From: Acidobacteriota bacterium
GTDB lineage: Bacteria > Acidobacteriota > Polarisedimenticolia > Gp22-AA2
Assembly: GCA_031394595.1 (NCBI GenBank)
Contig: JANNTZ010000191.1
Location: 72-64,071, forward strand
Length of the DNA stretch: 64,000 nucleotides
Reading direction: 5' to 3'
Shown here piece after piece: positions 49,161-59,126 of the stretch. The notes under the pieces were generated by a model. The model saw only the letters and a list, made by a program, of their open reading frames with translations. It made no database searches and was not told the origin of the DNA. The first letter of the stretch is position 1. Each line of letters begins with the position of its first letter. The translations under genes and the position numbers were made by a program.

Positions 49161-51820
49161 GACCGTCCCTCCTGCGTCTCAGCCTTCTTCGAAATCCGCG
49201 GCGTGATGAAGATCAGCAGCTCGGTGTTCTTCCGGTTGATCGACTTGCTCTTGAACAGCCAGCCAATCCCGGGGATCTTCGACAGACCCGGCACTCCGGC
49301 CGTGCTCACCGACTCGTTCAGCTTGAAGATGCCGCCGATGACGGCGGTCCCGCCGTCCGCCACCAGGATCTGGGTCTGGGCGCGCTCCGTGATGATGGGC
49401 GGAACGTCGCCGACGCGGTTGACGAAATCCGGGGACGAGTTGTCGACCCGGATGTCCATGATCACCGTCCCTTCGTTGGTGATCTGGGGCGTCACCTCGA
49501 GTTTCAGCGAGGCGGAGATGAACTCGACGTTGATCTGGGTCGCCGTCGTGCTGACGACCGGGATCTGCGTGCCCTGCTCGATCGTCGCCTTGATGTTGTT
49601 CTGCGTGGCGATGCGCGGCGAGGAGAGGACCTTGACATCGCCGTTGAGTTCGAACGCCTGCAGCGTCATGTCGAGCGTGACCGAGTCGAGGACGTTGCCG
49701 AAACTCAACCCGAGCATCCCGGCAGTCGCCGGCGCCGGCAGCGAGACGTCGTAGTCCAGGCTCGCCCGGTGCGGGAACGTCAGGTTGGTCTGGGTCCCCC
49801 GGGCGGGCGAGGCCTCGCCGTGGACACCCCAGATGATGCCGAGGTCACGCTCGAACTCGCGGTCGGTTTCGACGATGCGCGCCTCGATGACGACCTGGGG
49901 CGTCTGCTCGTCGAGGGTGTCGATGAGCCGGTTGATCGAGTCCTGGCGATCCACGATATCGGTGATGATCAGGGTGTTGGTCCGGTCGTCCATGACCACG
50001 TCGCCGCGCTTGGACATCATCTTCTTGAGGATCGGAGTCACGTCCTTCGCCTTGGCGTAGGAGAGTGCCCGCGTGAAGGTGATCGGCTCCTGCTCCAATA
50101 CCTGGGCTTCGAGCAGGGCCTTCCGGGCGGCCGACTCGGAGGCCAGTTTCTGCGTCGTCGCGATCCGGATGACGTTGTTCTCGAAGACCTTGTCCAGACC
50201 GTTGTTCTTGAGAATGATGTCGAGCGCCTGATCCTCGGGGACGTTCTCGAGGACGATCGTCAGCGACCCCGCGACCGCCGGATCGAGGACGATGTTGTAG
50301 CCGGTGATCTCGTGGAACAGGCGGAACACGTCCTTGAGATCGGCGTCCTTGAAGTTCAGGGAGATCCGCTTGCCGGTGTACTTTGGCCCGGTGTCCGAGA
50401 TCGCCCGGGATCGGAACCGGCCCCCGGAGATCAGCCGGCCGGTCTCCTGGCTCGCGGGGCGGGGCCGCGGGCGGGGCGCGCCGGAGGCCTCGACTCGGGC
50501 GTCCCCCGATGCGAGGAGCGGGTTCTGGGCCGGCTCGACGACCGGCACCGCCATGGCATCGCTCCCGGAGGCACCGTCGGCTCCCTCTGCCTGCGGGGCC
50601 GCCTCGGTCGGCGGGACCTCTATGATCGATGCGACCGGCACGACATCGCCGGAATCGGCCGGTGGCACCTCGGCCGTGAGCGGCTCCGGGGCCGTTGCCG
50701 CATCCGGAGCCGGTGCGCTCCTGGCCAGCCGCACCGCCTCCTCGGAGAAGTCAACGACCAATCCATTTTCGGTCGCGACCACCGCGTAAGGCCGCGGGGC
50801 GCTCAGATCCAGCACCACACGGACAATGGGTCGGGGCCGGGTCGCGAACTGGGCCACGCGCACACGGGTCAGGATCTGCGAGTCCACCGGCACGAGCTTG
50901 GTTCCGGTCCGATCGAGAACACCGGGGAGATCGAGGACCAGCCGCGGCGGGTTCTGAAGCTCGAAATGCTCGTGGGGCAGGCTCCCGTCGGCCGTCAGGA
51001 CAACCGCCCGCTCGGGATCCGTGCCACGCGACTGCACGGACAGCAACGTCCGGGCCACCGCGCCGGCGGGGACGGCTCCGCGCGTCACATGGACCGGTCC
51101 GGTCGCCGGCGGAGGCGTGGCGGTATCAGTGGCCGTGGATCCGGCGGCCGGTGCCGCTTCTGGCTCCACTGAAGGCAGCGTTTCGGGCGCGGGTTCTGGT
51201 GCGGCCGCCGTCTGTGTGGCCTGTCGTTCGGCCGACTGCGCTGCCGGGTCCATCGGCATCTCGAGCGGCTCGAGGGCGGCGTCTTCCTCCGGTCCGGCCG
51301 AGGCCGCGGCGGTGTCCGCCGGTGTTTCGCCCGGCATGCCGGTCCCCTGGTCCGCCATCACGGACGGGGTGGGGGCGTTGGTGCCGTCGCCAAGCGACGG
51401 GAAATCGATGACCAGGTCGTTGCCATCCAGACGAATGGCGTGCTGCGATGCCAGGATGTTGTGGAATTCGAACTTGGCGATCCGTCCGCCATCCACGCTC
51501 TCGACACTCGAGACCTGCACCCTTTCGACCTGCGGCGTGCCGATGGCGACATCGGGTGCGAGGCTCTCCACCTGGACGTCCAGGGCTTCGAGCACGAGTG
51601 TGTTGGGATCGGGCTGGTAGGAGGTGTAGCTGAACGGGTAATTCCCGTGCAGGACCACTTCCGTTCCCGCCGGTGTCGACGCATGGTCGATCCCGTTGAT
51701 GACCACCGCGGACGGCGCGGACAACGCCGTCTGACCCGGCTCGCTGACGGGCGGATTCCCCGAGCAGCGCAGGGCGGCCGCGGCGATCGTGAGCAGAAGC
51801 GCGACCTTCCCGAACCTCAT
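49157..51820 (-). CDS. pilQ: Type IV pilus secretin PilQ (AMIN domains, N0/N1, secretin C-domain)
   Basis: 887 aa with a signal peptide. The C-terminal secretin domain carries motifs ...VLSSPRIATQNNIKATIEQGTQIPV... and GGTAVIGGIF...VPGLSKIPGIGWLFKSKS...LLIFITPRI. A long acidic P/A/T/E low-complexity linker spans aa ~140-330. Confidence 0.9.
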   Translation of the reverse strand: MRFGKVALLLTIAAAALRCSGNPPVSEPGQTALSAPSAVVINGIDHASTPAGTEVVLHGNYPFSYTSYQPDPNTLVLEALDVQVESLAPDVAIGTPQVERVQVSSVESVDGGRIAKFEFHNILASQHAIRLDGNDLVIDFPSLGDGTNAPTPSVMADQGTGMPGETPADTAAASAGPEEDAALEPLEMPMDPAAQSAERQATQTAAAPEPAPETLPSVEPEAAPAAGSTATDTATPPPATGPVHVTRGAVPAGAVARTLLSVQSRGTDPERAVVLTADGSLPHEHFELQNPPRLVLDLPGVLDRTGTKLVPVDSQILTRVRVAQFATRPRPIVRVVLDLSAPRPYAVVATENGLVVDFSEEAVRLARSAPAPDAATAPEPLTAEVPPADSGDVVPVASIIEVPPTEAAPQAEGADGASGSDAMAVPVVEPAQNPLLASGDARVEASGAPRPRPRPASQETGRLISGGRFRSRAISDTGPKYTGKRISLNFKDADLKDVFRLFHEITGYNIVLDPAVAGSLTIVLENVPEDQALDIILKNNGLDKVFENNVIRIATTQKLASESAARKALLEAQVLEQEPITFTRALSYAKAKDVTPILKKMMSKRGDVVMDDRTNTLIITDIVDRQDSINRLIDTLDEQTPQVVIEARIVETDREFERDLGIIWGVHGEASPARGTQTNLTFPHRASLDYDVSLPAPATAGMLGLSFGNVLDSVTLDMTLQAFELNGDVKVLSSPRIATQNNIKATIEQGTQIPVVSTTATQINVEFISASLKLEVTPQITNEGTVIMDIRVDNSSPDFVNRVGDVPPIITERAQTQILVADGGTAVIGGIFKLNESVSTAGVPGLSKIPGIGWLFKSKSINRKNTELLIFITPRISKKAETQEGRS

Positions 51821-52398
51821 AAGCGACCCTCCTCCGCTGTCGTCAGCCTCTTGGTCACGTCCCTGTACGGCTTGATGCTGCGGGGATCGTTGACGTCCTG
51901 GCGGAACGCCACCGTCCCCGTATTCCGTTCGATGCGGACGATTTTGCCGTCGTACAGGGTATCCCCCACCCGCATGAAGTACCCCTTGTTGTCGCTCCCG
52001 TTGAAGAAGGCGATCGCTTCACGCCCCTTCTGGACGATACCCACGAGATCGACTTCCGAGATCAGCATGCCCGCAATACCGCGGGGGCGCGGGCCCTTGC
52101 CGATGGCGTTCAGGGTGTCGACGAGCGAACGGAAGGGATCGCGTCGTCCGGCCGGGTCGTAGGTAAACCCGCGGCCGGAAAGCATCGCCTCGTTGTCCTG
52201 CATGATCTGGTTGATCGTCGCGGCGTCCGCAGGGGACACCGCCGATCCACCTGCAGCCGGGGCTTCCGTCTCGCCCTGGGTTGGGGGAACCTCGGCCGGG
52301 GCGGCCTCCTCGGCAGTCACGAAGGACGGGGCGGCCAGGACCAGAAGGACCGCCAGCCCGAGAAGGCCGGCGATGCCGATCCACGCGATGCGCGTCAT
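51817..52398 (-). CDS. pilP: Type IV pilus assembly protein PilP
   Basis: N-terminal TM/signal anchor, an Ala/Pro/Glu linker, and a C-terminal beta domain (GIVQKGREAIAFFNGSDNKGYFMRVGDTLYDGKIVRIERNTGTVAF). ATGA coupling with pilO and pilQ. Confidence 0.75.
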   Translation of the reverse strand: MTRIAWIGIAGLLGLAVLLVLAAPSFVTAEEAAPAEVPPTQGETEAPAAGGSAVSPADAATINQIMQDNEAMLSGRGFTYDPAGRRDPFRSLVDTLNAIGKGPRPRGIAGMLISEVDLVGIVQKGREAIAFFNGSDNKGYFMRVGDTLYDGKIVRIERNTGTVAFRQDVNDPRSIKPYRDVTKRLTTAEEGRL

Positions 52399-52973
52399 TG
52401 CGTCGCCTCCTGTGCCGGTGTCGAGTCGTCGTAGACGAATGTGGTCGCGGTAAAGGTGGAACCGATCGACCCGCGCCCCGTCTGGGCGTTGCTGATATTG
52501 ACCCCGCTGACATTGATGATGCGGGAGTACTTGCTGATCCGGTCAAAGAACACGCCGAGGTCGTGGTAGTCCCCGTTCACCTCCATGGTGATGGGGAATT
52601 CCTTGTAGAACTCGACGGCACGCAGGCTGCCGGGGCTGAAGCGCTTCAGATCCAGGTTCGACTGATCGGCGAGGTTCTTGACCCATTTCAGGAGCTCGCC
52701 GGTTTCCGGCTCCGTCGGCAGGATGGCCAGCAGGTCGCTCAACTTGGCTTGAAGGTTTTCGATCTCGCGCTCGAATTCCGGCAGCTTGGCCTCGATCGCC
52801 TGGCCCTTGCGGATCTCCTCCTGGAGCCCGCGGAGCTGGGTGGTCAGGGAGGCGTTCCGATCCTTCATCTGCCCGAAGTTTGGATAGGCCATCCAGGCCA
52901 CCGCGACGAGCGCGACGGCCATGGCGGCCACGACCGCGAATTGTCCCCAGAACGGCAGCTTCTTGAAGTCCAT
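52395..52973 (-). CDS. pilO: Type IV pilus assembly protein PilO
   Basis: N-terminal TM, a coiled-coil, and a C-terminal ferredoxin-like domain. 192 aa. Confidence 0.8.
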   Translation of the reverse strand: MDFKKLPFWGQFAVVAAMAVALVAVAWMAYPNFGQMKDRNASLTTQLRGLQEEIRKGQAIEAKLPEFEREIENLQAKLSDLLAILPTEPETGELLKWVKNLADQSNLDLKRFSPGSLRAVEFYKEFPITMEVNGDYHDLGVFFDRISKYSRIINVSGVNISNAQTGRGSIGSTFTATTFVYDDSTPAQEATQ

Positions 52974-52988
52974 CGCGATGCCCCCCGG

Positions 52989-53594
52989 CTATCCGCCCGA
53001 CGCGGGGCGGTTCTCCACACTTTCCTGTCCCTGCGGGTTTGGCAGGAACTGGCAGGTGAGTGAGAACTGCACGCCGACCGGAATCGAGGAAATGGAACCC
53101 ATGACGACGTTTTCGAAGTAGCGTGAACCCGTCAGGTTGTTGTAGAAATTCGAAACCGCGTTGTAGGTGGTCGCCTTGCCGTTGATCTGGACGTTGAACC
53201 CCGCCTCGGTCAGAGAATCGAGCCACAGGAAATCCGGCAGCTGGCGGCTCACCTCGTCGAGCAGGTGGACCGGGCCGCTCTGGTTGTGCTTGAGCTGTGT
53301 GATGAGCGTGATCTTCCGCTGCAGCAGCTCCTTCTTGGCCTTGTACTCCTCGCCCTTCTTGATGATGGCCTGCAGGCGTTCCTTCTCCTTCTCGGCCTTG
53401 GCGATCTCGGCGACCAGCGTGTGCTGTTCTACGGCCAGGTCATACCATTGCCAGCCCACGTAGGCGACGGCCAAGAGCACCACCCCGGCCATCAGGACGT
53501 TCTGACCCAGGGTGCCGACGCCGTTGAACCTCGGCTCCCGGATGGTGCGGGCCTTGCCCTGCTGCGCGGTCGTGAGAAGGTTGATCTTGATCAT
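52989..53594 (-). CDS. pilN: Type IV pilus assembly protein PilN
   Basis: MIKINLL start and a TM helix AGVVLLAVAYVGWQWY. ATG 53594 overlaps the pilM stop as ATGA. The ORF-track N-terminal extension is rejected. Confidence 0.8.
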   Translation of the reverse strand: MIKINLLTTAQQGKARTIREPRFNGVGTLGQNVLMAGVVLLAVAYVGWQWYDLAVEQHTLVAEIAKAEKEKERLQAIIKKGEEYKAKKELLQRKITLITQLKHNQSGPVHLLDEVSRQLPDFLWLDSLTEAGFNVQINGKATTYNAVSNFYNNLTGSRYFENVVMGSISSIPVGVQFSLTCQFLPNPQGQESVENRPASGG

Positions 53595-54658
53595 CGGTTG
53601 GTGTCCCCCGCCCGGCGGGCTGCCAGGCCGACGGCGATCGACACGCTGGCGCTCATCTCCTCGATCGTCTCGGGTGAGAAACCCTTCCCGATCTGCACGC
53701 GCTGGAAGGGGTTCAGCGGCTCCACGGTGATCCCGAAGCGCTCGGCGAGCGCCTCGCGCAGGTGCGGTACGCGCGAGGATCCGCCGGCGATCACCATCTT
53801 CTCGATGTTCTCGCCCGGCGTCGTGTTCTTGAAGAAGTCCACGGTCTTCTGGATCTCGCCCCCGACGAAATCGTTCACCGAGGCCAGGATCGGGGTCACG
53901 TTCTCCACCGGGATCCCCTCGACCTCCTCGCCACGCTTCAGGCTTTCCGCCTGCTCGAAGCTGAGGTTCAGCTCCTTGCGGATGGCGTCGTTGTATTGGT
54001 TGCCGCCGACCGAGATGTCGCGCCAGAAGATCGACTGCGTGCCCTTGAGGATGGCGACGTTGGTGGTGGAGGCGCCGATATTGATCAGCGCCTGGCACAC
54101 GGTGCCGTCGGTCTCGTAGTTCATCTCAAAGCAGTTCTGCAGCGCGAACACGTCCACATCGACGAGCATCGGGTTGCGTCCCGCCTGGCTCACGACCGAG
54201 GTGTAGTCGTTGATCTTGTCCTTCTTGGCGGCAACCAGGAGGACATCCATGTTCGCCTCGCCACCGCCCGCACCCTTCAGGACCTGGTAGGCCAGGTTCA
54301 CGTCCTGGACGTCGAACGGGATGTACTGCTCCGCCTCCCAGGGGATGACCTCGGCCAGTTCCTCCTCGGACGTGGCCGGAAGCGAGATCTTCTTGATGAT
54401 GACGCTGTGACCCGAGAGCGCGATGGCGACTTCGCCACCCTTGATCTTGCGGGCCGCGAAGGCCCGCTGGATCGAATCGATCACCGAGCCGGCATCCATG
54501 ATGGCCCCGTCGACGATCGCTTCGGGCGCCAGGCGCTCCAGCGCCATATTCAGCAGCTGGTAGCCCTTCCCCTTGCCCAGTTCCTTGAGTTCGACGATCT
54601 TCACCGCGCTCGATCCGATGTCAAGACCGATGAAGTTTCTGCCTTTCGAGAAGAACAC
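53591..54658 (-). CDS. pilM: Type IV pilus assembly ATPase-like protein PilM (actin/FtsA fold)
   Basis: GLDIGSSAVKIVEL N-terminus. Actin-like motifs and a C-terminal MVIAGGSSRVPHL. 355 aa. GTG start with a GGGGGA RBS 7 nt upstream. Confidence 0.9.
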   Translation of the reverse strand: MFFSKGRNFIGLDIGSSAVKIVELKELGKGKGYQLLNMALERLAPEAIVDGAIMDAGSVIDSIQRAFAARKIKGGEVAIALSGHSVIIKKISLPATSEEELAEVIPWEAEQYIPFDVQDVNLAYQVLKGAGGGEANMDVLLVAAKKDKINDYTSVVSQAGRNPMLVDVDVFALQNCFEMNYETDGTVCQALINIGASTTNVAILKGTQSIFWRDISVGGNQYNDAIRKELNLSFEQAESLKRGEEVEGIPVENVTPILASVNDFVGGEIQKTVDFFKNTTPGENIEKMVIAGGSSRVPHLREALAERFGITVEPLNPFQRVQIGKGFSPETIEEMSASVSIAVGLAARRAGDTNR

Positions 54659-54734
54659 CGTCGGATCCCCCTTAAGTCCCGGGCGTCACGGCAGTTGCAA
54701 CCCACATCAGCGTGATCCCCTTTTCACGGAATTC

Positions 54735-54763
54735 CAATATATTCCGCGACCTCACTTTTGCAA
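54735..54763 (-). promoter_or_regulatory. Candidate sigma-70 promoter for pilMNOPQ (TTGCAA-17-TATATT)
   Basis: Minus strand, inside the AT-rich divergent region and overlapping the 9-bp inverted repeat TCACTTTTG...CAAAAGTGA. ~95 nt upstream of the pilM GTG. Confidence 0.25.
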
Positions 54764-54990
54764 GGCGTCATGTCAAAAGTGAGCTTGTGACTCATGCTTT
54801 TCATAACTTCGTTATATTCACCATGCATATACATACATAAACGATATACATCACTACACTTATCAGCTTCAATAAGGATCAAGTATCGGTCTCGGATGGC
54901 AGTTCCGGCCAGGGGGACCCGACGGTGGCCCCGAGCCATGGGAATCCGGGCCCTGTCCCGGACAGGATCCCAGGCAAGGGCGCCGGACTC

Positions 54991-55019
54991 TTGATCGTCC
55001 GTCGCCGATGTGCTAGAGT
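54991..55019 (+). promoter_or_regulatory. Candidate sigma-70 promoter for rpmB (TTGATC-17-TAGAGT)
   Basis: Plus strand, ~27 nt upstream of the rpmB GTG. The 15-bp palindrome CCTGTCCCGGACAGG (54952-54966) lies just upstream. Confidence 0.3.
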
Positions 55020-55045
55020 TCGCGCCTCTTTCTGGAGAAATCCCG

Positions 55046-55240
55046 GTGGCGCGTTCGTGCCAGGTGTGCGGTAAGCGTCCGGTCTACGGCAACCAGATCA
55101 GCCACGCTCACAACGTGTCATCGCGGATCTGGTACCCGAACGTGCAGAGTCTGCGCGTCGTTGTCGGCAAGACTGTCAAGCGGATGAAGGTCTGCACGCG
55201 CTGTCTGCGTTCCGGGTCGGTCGCCCGGGCAGTGTCCTGA
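55046..55240 (+). CDS. rpmB: 50S ribosomal protein L28
   Basis: [34 protein letters not shown]...VCTRCLRSG matches the L28 signature (CxxxGK...GN.VSH). GTG 55046 with a GGAGA RBS; 64 aa. Confidence 0.85.
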   Translation: MARSCQVCGKRPVYGNQISHAHNVSSRIWYPNVQSLRVVVGKTVKRMKVCTRCLRSGSVARAVS

Positions 55241-55277
55241 TCACCGGTCCGACGGCCGGATTCCCCCCAGCCCCGAC

Positions 55278-55661
55278 TCAGCGCAGCCGTGCGATGGCGT
55301 CGATCTCGACCCGGGCGCCGCGCGGTAGCCCCGAGACCTGCACGGTCGATCGCGCCGGCCGGTTCGTCCCGAAACAGCGCGCGTAGACCTCGTTCATCGC
55401 CTCGAAGTCTTTCAGGTCGGTGAGGTACACCGTCGTCCGGACGACGCGGTCGAACCCCGCCCCGGCCGCCTCCAGGACCGCCTTGAGATTATCGAGGACG
55501 CGGGCCACTTCCTCCTGGACGGTGCCGCGGACCATGGTCCCGGTCCCGGGGTCGAGGGGGACCTGGCCGGACAGGAACAGCAGATCGCCGCAGGCGATTG
55601 CCTGGGAGTAAGGGCCGATGGCCTTCGGGGCGAGATCGGTAGCGATGGGGCGCGGTTCCAT
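55278..55661 (-). CDS. ridA: RidA/YjgF family reactive-enamine deaminase
   Basis: PKAIGPYSQAI...GDLLFLSGQVPLDP...ARSTVQV...ARVEIDAIA. 127 aa. ATG 55661 with a GGAGGACC RBS. The ORF-track upstream extension is rejected. Confidence 0.8.
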   Translation of the reverse strand: MEPRPIATDLAPKAIGPYSQAIACGDLLFLSGQVPLDPGTGTMVRGTVQEEVARVLDNLKAVLEAAGAGFDRVVRTTVYLTDLKDFEAMNEVYARCFGTNRPARSTVQVSGLPRGARVEIDAIARLR

Positions 55662-55669
55662 GGGTCCTC

Positions 55670-57814
55670 CTAGGCGACCTGACGCTCGACACGGTACACG
55701 CCTTCGATGGCCTTGACCTTGTCGAGGATGACCTGGAGGTGCGCGAGGTCCTGGATGTCCAGGCTCAGGGTGATCTCGCCCCGATGGTCCTCGAAGGTGC
55801 GCGCCTCCACATTTTTGATGTTGGACTTCGCGTCGGCGATGACCGAAGTGATCTTCGCGAGCATCCCCGGCCGGTCCTCTGACATGACGGTGATCCGCAC
55901 TTCGAAACGGGATCGGTCGGCGCCTTCCCAGTCGACCTCGATGCGTCGCTCGGGGTCGTAGAGAAGTTTCTCGAGATTGGGACAGCGCTCCGAGTGGACG
56001 GTGACGCCCCGACCGCGGGTGATGTACCCGATGATCGGCTCGCCCCGGATCGGGTTGCAGCAGCGCGCCAGTGCGATGAGGGCATCGTCGAGACCGCGTA
56101 CCGTGACCTTCTTCTCGCCCATCCCCAGCGCCTTCTTGACCGCCTGGGTGATCGCCCCGGCGGCGTCGTGCGGACGGGCCTGGGGATCGAGCTTCTCGAC
56201 GAGGGCTCGTGGGGCCACCTTGCCGTAACCGACCGACGCGTAGAAGTCCTCGAGACTCGGGCAACCGATCCCCTGGAGCGCCGCGCCCAGCCCCCCGCTC
56301 TCCCCGTGATGCTTCTTCAGGCTGAACTTGAAGCGCTTGAACTCGCGGTCCGCGACGGTTTTCCCAAGCTCGATGGCCCGGTTGCGCCGGTCCACGTTGA
56401 GCCACTGCCGGATTTTGGCGCGGGCGCGGGGGGTGCGGACGACCGTCAGCCAGTCCTGGCTGGGCTGATGGTTGGGAGAGGTCAGGATCTCGACGATATC
56501 GCCGCTCTTCAGCTCGGTGCGCAGCGGCTGGAGCTTGCCGTTGATCCGCGAACCGACGCAGCGGTGGCCGACCTCGGTATGCACGGCGTAGGCGAAATCG
56601 ATCGACGTGGCGCCACGGGGGAACGACTTGACCTGCCCCTGGGGCGTGAAGCAGTAGACCTCCTCGGGATACAGGTCGACCTTGACCATGGTCAGGAACT
56701 CGCGCGGGTCCTTGAGCTCTTGCTGCCACTCCATGATCTGCCGCAGCCACTCGACGTTCTGGTCCTTCTCGCCGCCCCCCTTCCCCTCCTTGTACCTCCA
56801 GTGGGCCGCGATCCCGTCCTCTGCGATCCGATGCATCTCCTGCGTCCGGATCTGGATCTCGAACGCCTGCCCGCGGTCGCTCATGACCGAGGTGTGGAGC
56901 GACTGGTACATGTTCGGCTTCGGCATGGCGATGAAGTCCTTGATCCGTCCCGGCACCGGTCGCCACAATCCGTGCACGACCCCGAGGGCACCGTAGCAGT
57001 CCTTGACGCTGGCGGTGAGAATCCGGAACGCGATGTAGTCGTAAACCTCCGCCACGTCGATCTGCTGCCGCCGGATTTTCCGGTAGATGCTGTAGAGGTG
57101 CTTGCGGCGTCCGTGGATGACGCAGCTGACCCCGGCCCGCGTCAGCTCGTCACGCAGGATCTGCTCGATCTCGAGCACAAACCCCTCGTTGATCTTGCGC
57201 TTGTCCTCCATGGCGCGAAGCAGCGACTGGTACCCCTGGGGGTCGAGGTAGCACAGCGACAGGTCCTCGAGCTCGTTCTTGACCTTGGCCATCCCCAGCC
57301 GGTGCGCGATCGGGGCGTAGATCTCCAGGGTTTCACGGGCGATCCTCTCCTGCTGCCGCGACGACAGGTGTTCGAGCGTCCGCATGTTGTGGAGCCGATC
57401 GGCGAGCTTGACCAGGATGACGCGGATGTCGTCCACCATCGCCAGCATCATCTTGCGGAAGCTTTCCGCCTGCTGCTGCTCGCGCGAGTTGAACGTGATC
57501 CGGGAGATCTTGGTCAGCCCCTCGACAACGTGGGCGATGTCCTTGCCGAAATGGGCCTCGACGTTTTCGCGGGTCGTGAGGGTGTCCTCGAGCACGTCGT
57601 GGAGGAGGCCCGCCACGATGCAGGTCAGGTCGAGCTTCAGGTCTGCCAGGATCCCGGCGACCGCAAGCGGGTGCGTCAGGTACGGCTCTCCCGACGACCG
57701 GGTCTGCCCTTTGTGCTCCTTGGCCGAGAAGATGTAGGCACGCCGCAGGAGGTCAAGGTCCGCCCCCGGCATGTACGACTCGACCTTGTCCTGGATGTCC
57801 TCGAACCGAACCAT
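55670..57814 (-). CDS. rel: Bifunctional (p)ppGpp synthetase/hydrolase RelA/SpoT (Rel)
   Basis: HD hydrolase domain (HPLAVAGILADLKLD...HDVLEDT), synthetase domain (RxKxxxSIxxK-like RRKHLYSIYRKI), and TGS and ACT regions. ATG 57814. Confidence 0.9.
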   Translation of the reverse strand: MVRFEDIQDKVESYMPGADLDLLRRAYIFSAKEHKGQTRSSGEPYLTHPLAVAGILADLKLDLTCIVAGLLHDVLEDTLTTRENVEAHFGKDIAHVVEGLTKISRITFNSREQQQAESFRKMMLAMVDDIRVILVKLADRLHNMRTLEHLSSRQQERIARETLEIYAPIAHRLGMAKVKNELEDLSLCYLDPQGYQSLLRAMEDKRKINEGFVLEIEQILRDELTRAGVSCVIHGRRKHLYSIYRKIRRQQIDVAEVYDYIAFRILTASVKDCYGALGVVHGLWRPVPGRIKDFIAMPKPNMYQSLHTSVMSDRGQAFEIQIRTQEMHRIAEDGIAAHWRYKEGKGGGEKDQNVEWLRQIMEWQQELKDPREFLTMVKVDLYPEEVYCFTPQGQVKSFPRGATSIDFAYAVHTEVGHRCVGSRINGKLQPLRTELKSGDIVEILTSPNHQPSQDWLTVVRTPRARAKIRQWLNVDRRNRAIELGKTVADREFKRFKFSLKKHHGESGGLGAALQGIGCPSLEDFYASVGYGKVAPRALVEKLDPQARPHDAAGAITQAVKKALGMGEKKVTVRGLDDALIALARCCNPIRGEPIIGYITRGRGVTVHSERCPNLEKLLYDPERRIEVDWEGADRSRFEVRITVMSEDRPGMLAKITSVIADAKSNIKNVEARTFEDHRGEITLSLDIQDLAHLQVILDKVKAIEGVYRVERQVA

Positions 57815-57954
57815 GGCCGCCGACGCGTGCAATGCCTCTTCGGCCCGGGTGGCAGTCAGAACTTCAGGACCAGCGGGGATTCCCGGGGATGAGGCGCGCG
57901 GCACGAGCGCGACCGCAGTCTAACACAGGCCTTTCGACCCGCGCCAACGTGCCT

Positions 57955-59118
57955 TCAGGCCTTGACATAACGGGCGCCGAACCGGCGGTAGACCAGGACC
58001 AGGAGGGCGGCGGCCACGAAGATGGTCGAGTAGCTGCCGGCGACGACACCGACCAGGAGGCAGAACGACAGCGGGTTGAGTTTTTCGCCGCCATACATGA
58101 GCAGGGCGGTGACCGCGATCCAGACCGTGAACGAGGTGAGGACACTCCGGCTGAGGGTCTGGTTCACGGAGGCGTTGACGATCTCCTCGAATTCACGGTC
58201 CCGGTAAAGGCGGAGGTTTTCCCGGATGCGGTCGAAGATCACGATGGTGTCATTGATCGAGTAGCCGAGGATGGTCAGGAGCGCCGCCACCACCGGCAGC
58301 GACATCTCCTTGCCGGTGAGCGCCATGGCGCCGGCGGAGATCATCACATCGTGCACCACGGCCAGGACGGCCGCCACGCCCCACACCCACTTGTGGAACC
58401 GGAAGTAGACATAGATCAGGATGCCGATCACCGAGCCGAAGATGGCGAAACCGGTGTTGCGGAGCAATTCCCGCCCGGCCGTCGGCCCCACGAATTCCAC
58501 GCTCTGTAGCGCGAAGCGGCCCAGGAAGCCCTGGGTGAAAAGGATCGTCGCCGCTTCCGGGTCGATCCCGGCGATCCCGGTGACTTCGTTCATCTCCCGG
58601 AACAGCCCGCCCTGACGCGTGCGGGTGCTGACCACCAGCCCCGCCGCCGTGCCCGCGGCCGCGGTGGAGGACGCCGGCAGACGGCCCGCCAGCCACGCCG
58701 CCAGCGCCGCCTCCGACTCCATGTTGAGGTCCGCCTTGCCGGTCTGCTTGGCCGACTTCTCCTCGGGTGTCCGCAGGGCCTCCAGGATCACGGTGCTGAC
58801 CCCGCCCCCCTCCCCCTCGCCACCCGTCTGTTGCTCGACGCGGATCAGGAACTCCTGGTCCTCTGCCGCGCCGATGCTCTGGATGCTGAGATCGCCGAGG
58901 TCGCGGGCCTCGAGCGCCGACCGCAGCGCCTGGGCGGTCGTCGATTCCCGGAACTTCACCTGGACCGAAGTACCCCCCGCGAAGTCGATCCCGTAGTTGA
59001 ATCCGCGGATCCCGATCACCCCGGCGGCAACGGCGAGGGCCAGGCAGGAGACGAACATGAAGACATACTTGGTCCGTCCCATCAGCTGGAAGTTGGCGTC
59101 GGCAAAGACCTGCACCAT
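57955..59118 (-). CDS. secF: Protein-export membrane protein SecF (with ~70-aa Gly/Glu/Ala-rich periplasmic insertion)
   Basis: MVQVFADANFQLMGRTKYVF..., a C-terminal 6-TM core, and the YSINDTIVIFDRIRE motif. 387 aa. Confidence 0.85.
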   Translation of the reverse strand: MVQVFADANFQLMGRTKYVFMFVSCLALAVAAGVIGIRGFNYGIDFAGGTSVQVKFRESTTAQALRSALEARDLGDLSIQSIGAAEDQEFLIRVEQQTGGEGEGGGVSTVILEALRTPEEKSAKQTGKADLNMESEAALAAWLAGRLPASSTAAAGTAAGLVVSTRTRQGGLFREMNEVTGIAGIDPEAATILFTQGFLGRFALQSVEFVGPTAGRELLRNTGFAIFGSVIGILIYVYFRFHKWVWGVAAVLAVVHDVMISAGAMALTGKEMSLPVVAALLTILGYSINDTIVIFDRIRENLRLYRDREFEEIVNASVNQTLSRSVLTSFTVWIAVTALLMYGGEKLNPLSFCLLVGVVAGSYSTIFVAAALLVLVYRRFGARYVKA

Positions 59119-59126
59119 GGCGGGTC

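Noticed and set aside
54724-54939. 71-aa minus ORF in the AT-rich pilM-rpmB intergenic region
   Set aside because: Low GC3, unlike every real gene here. It lies across the predicted promoters and palindromes and is treated as non-coding regulatory DNA.
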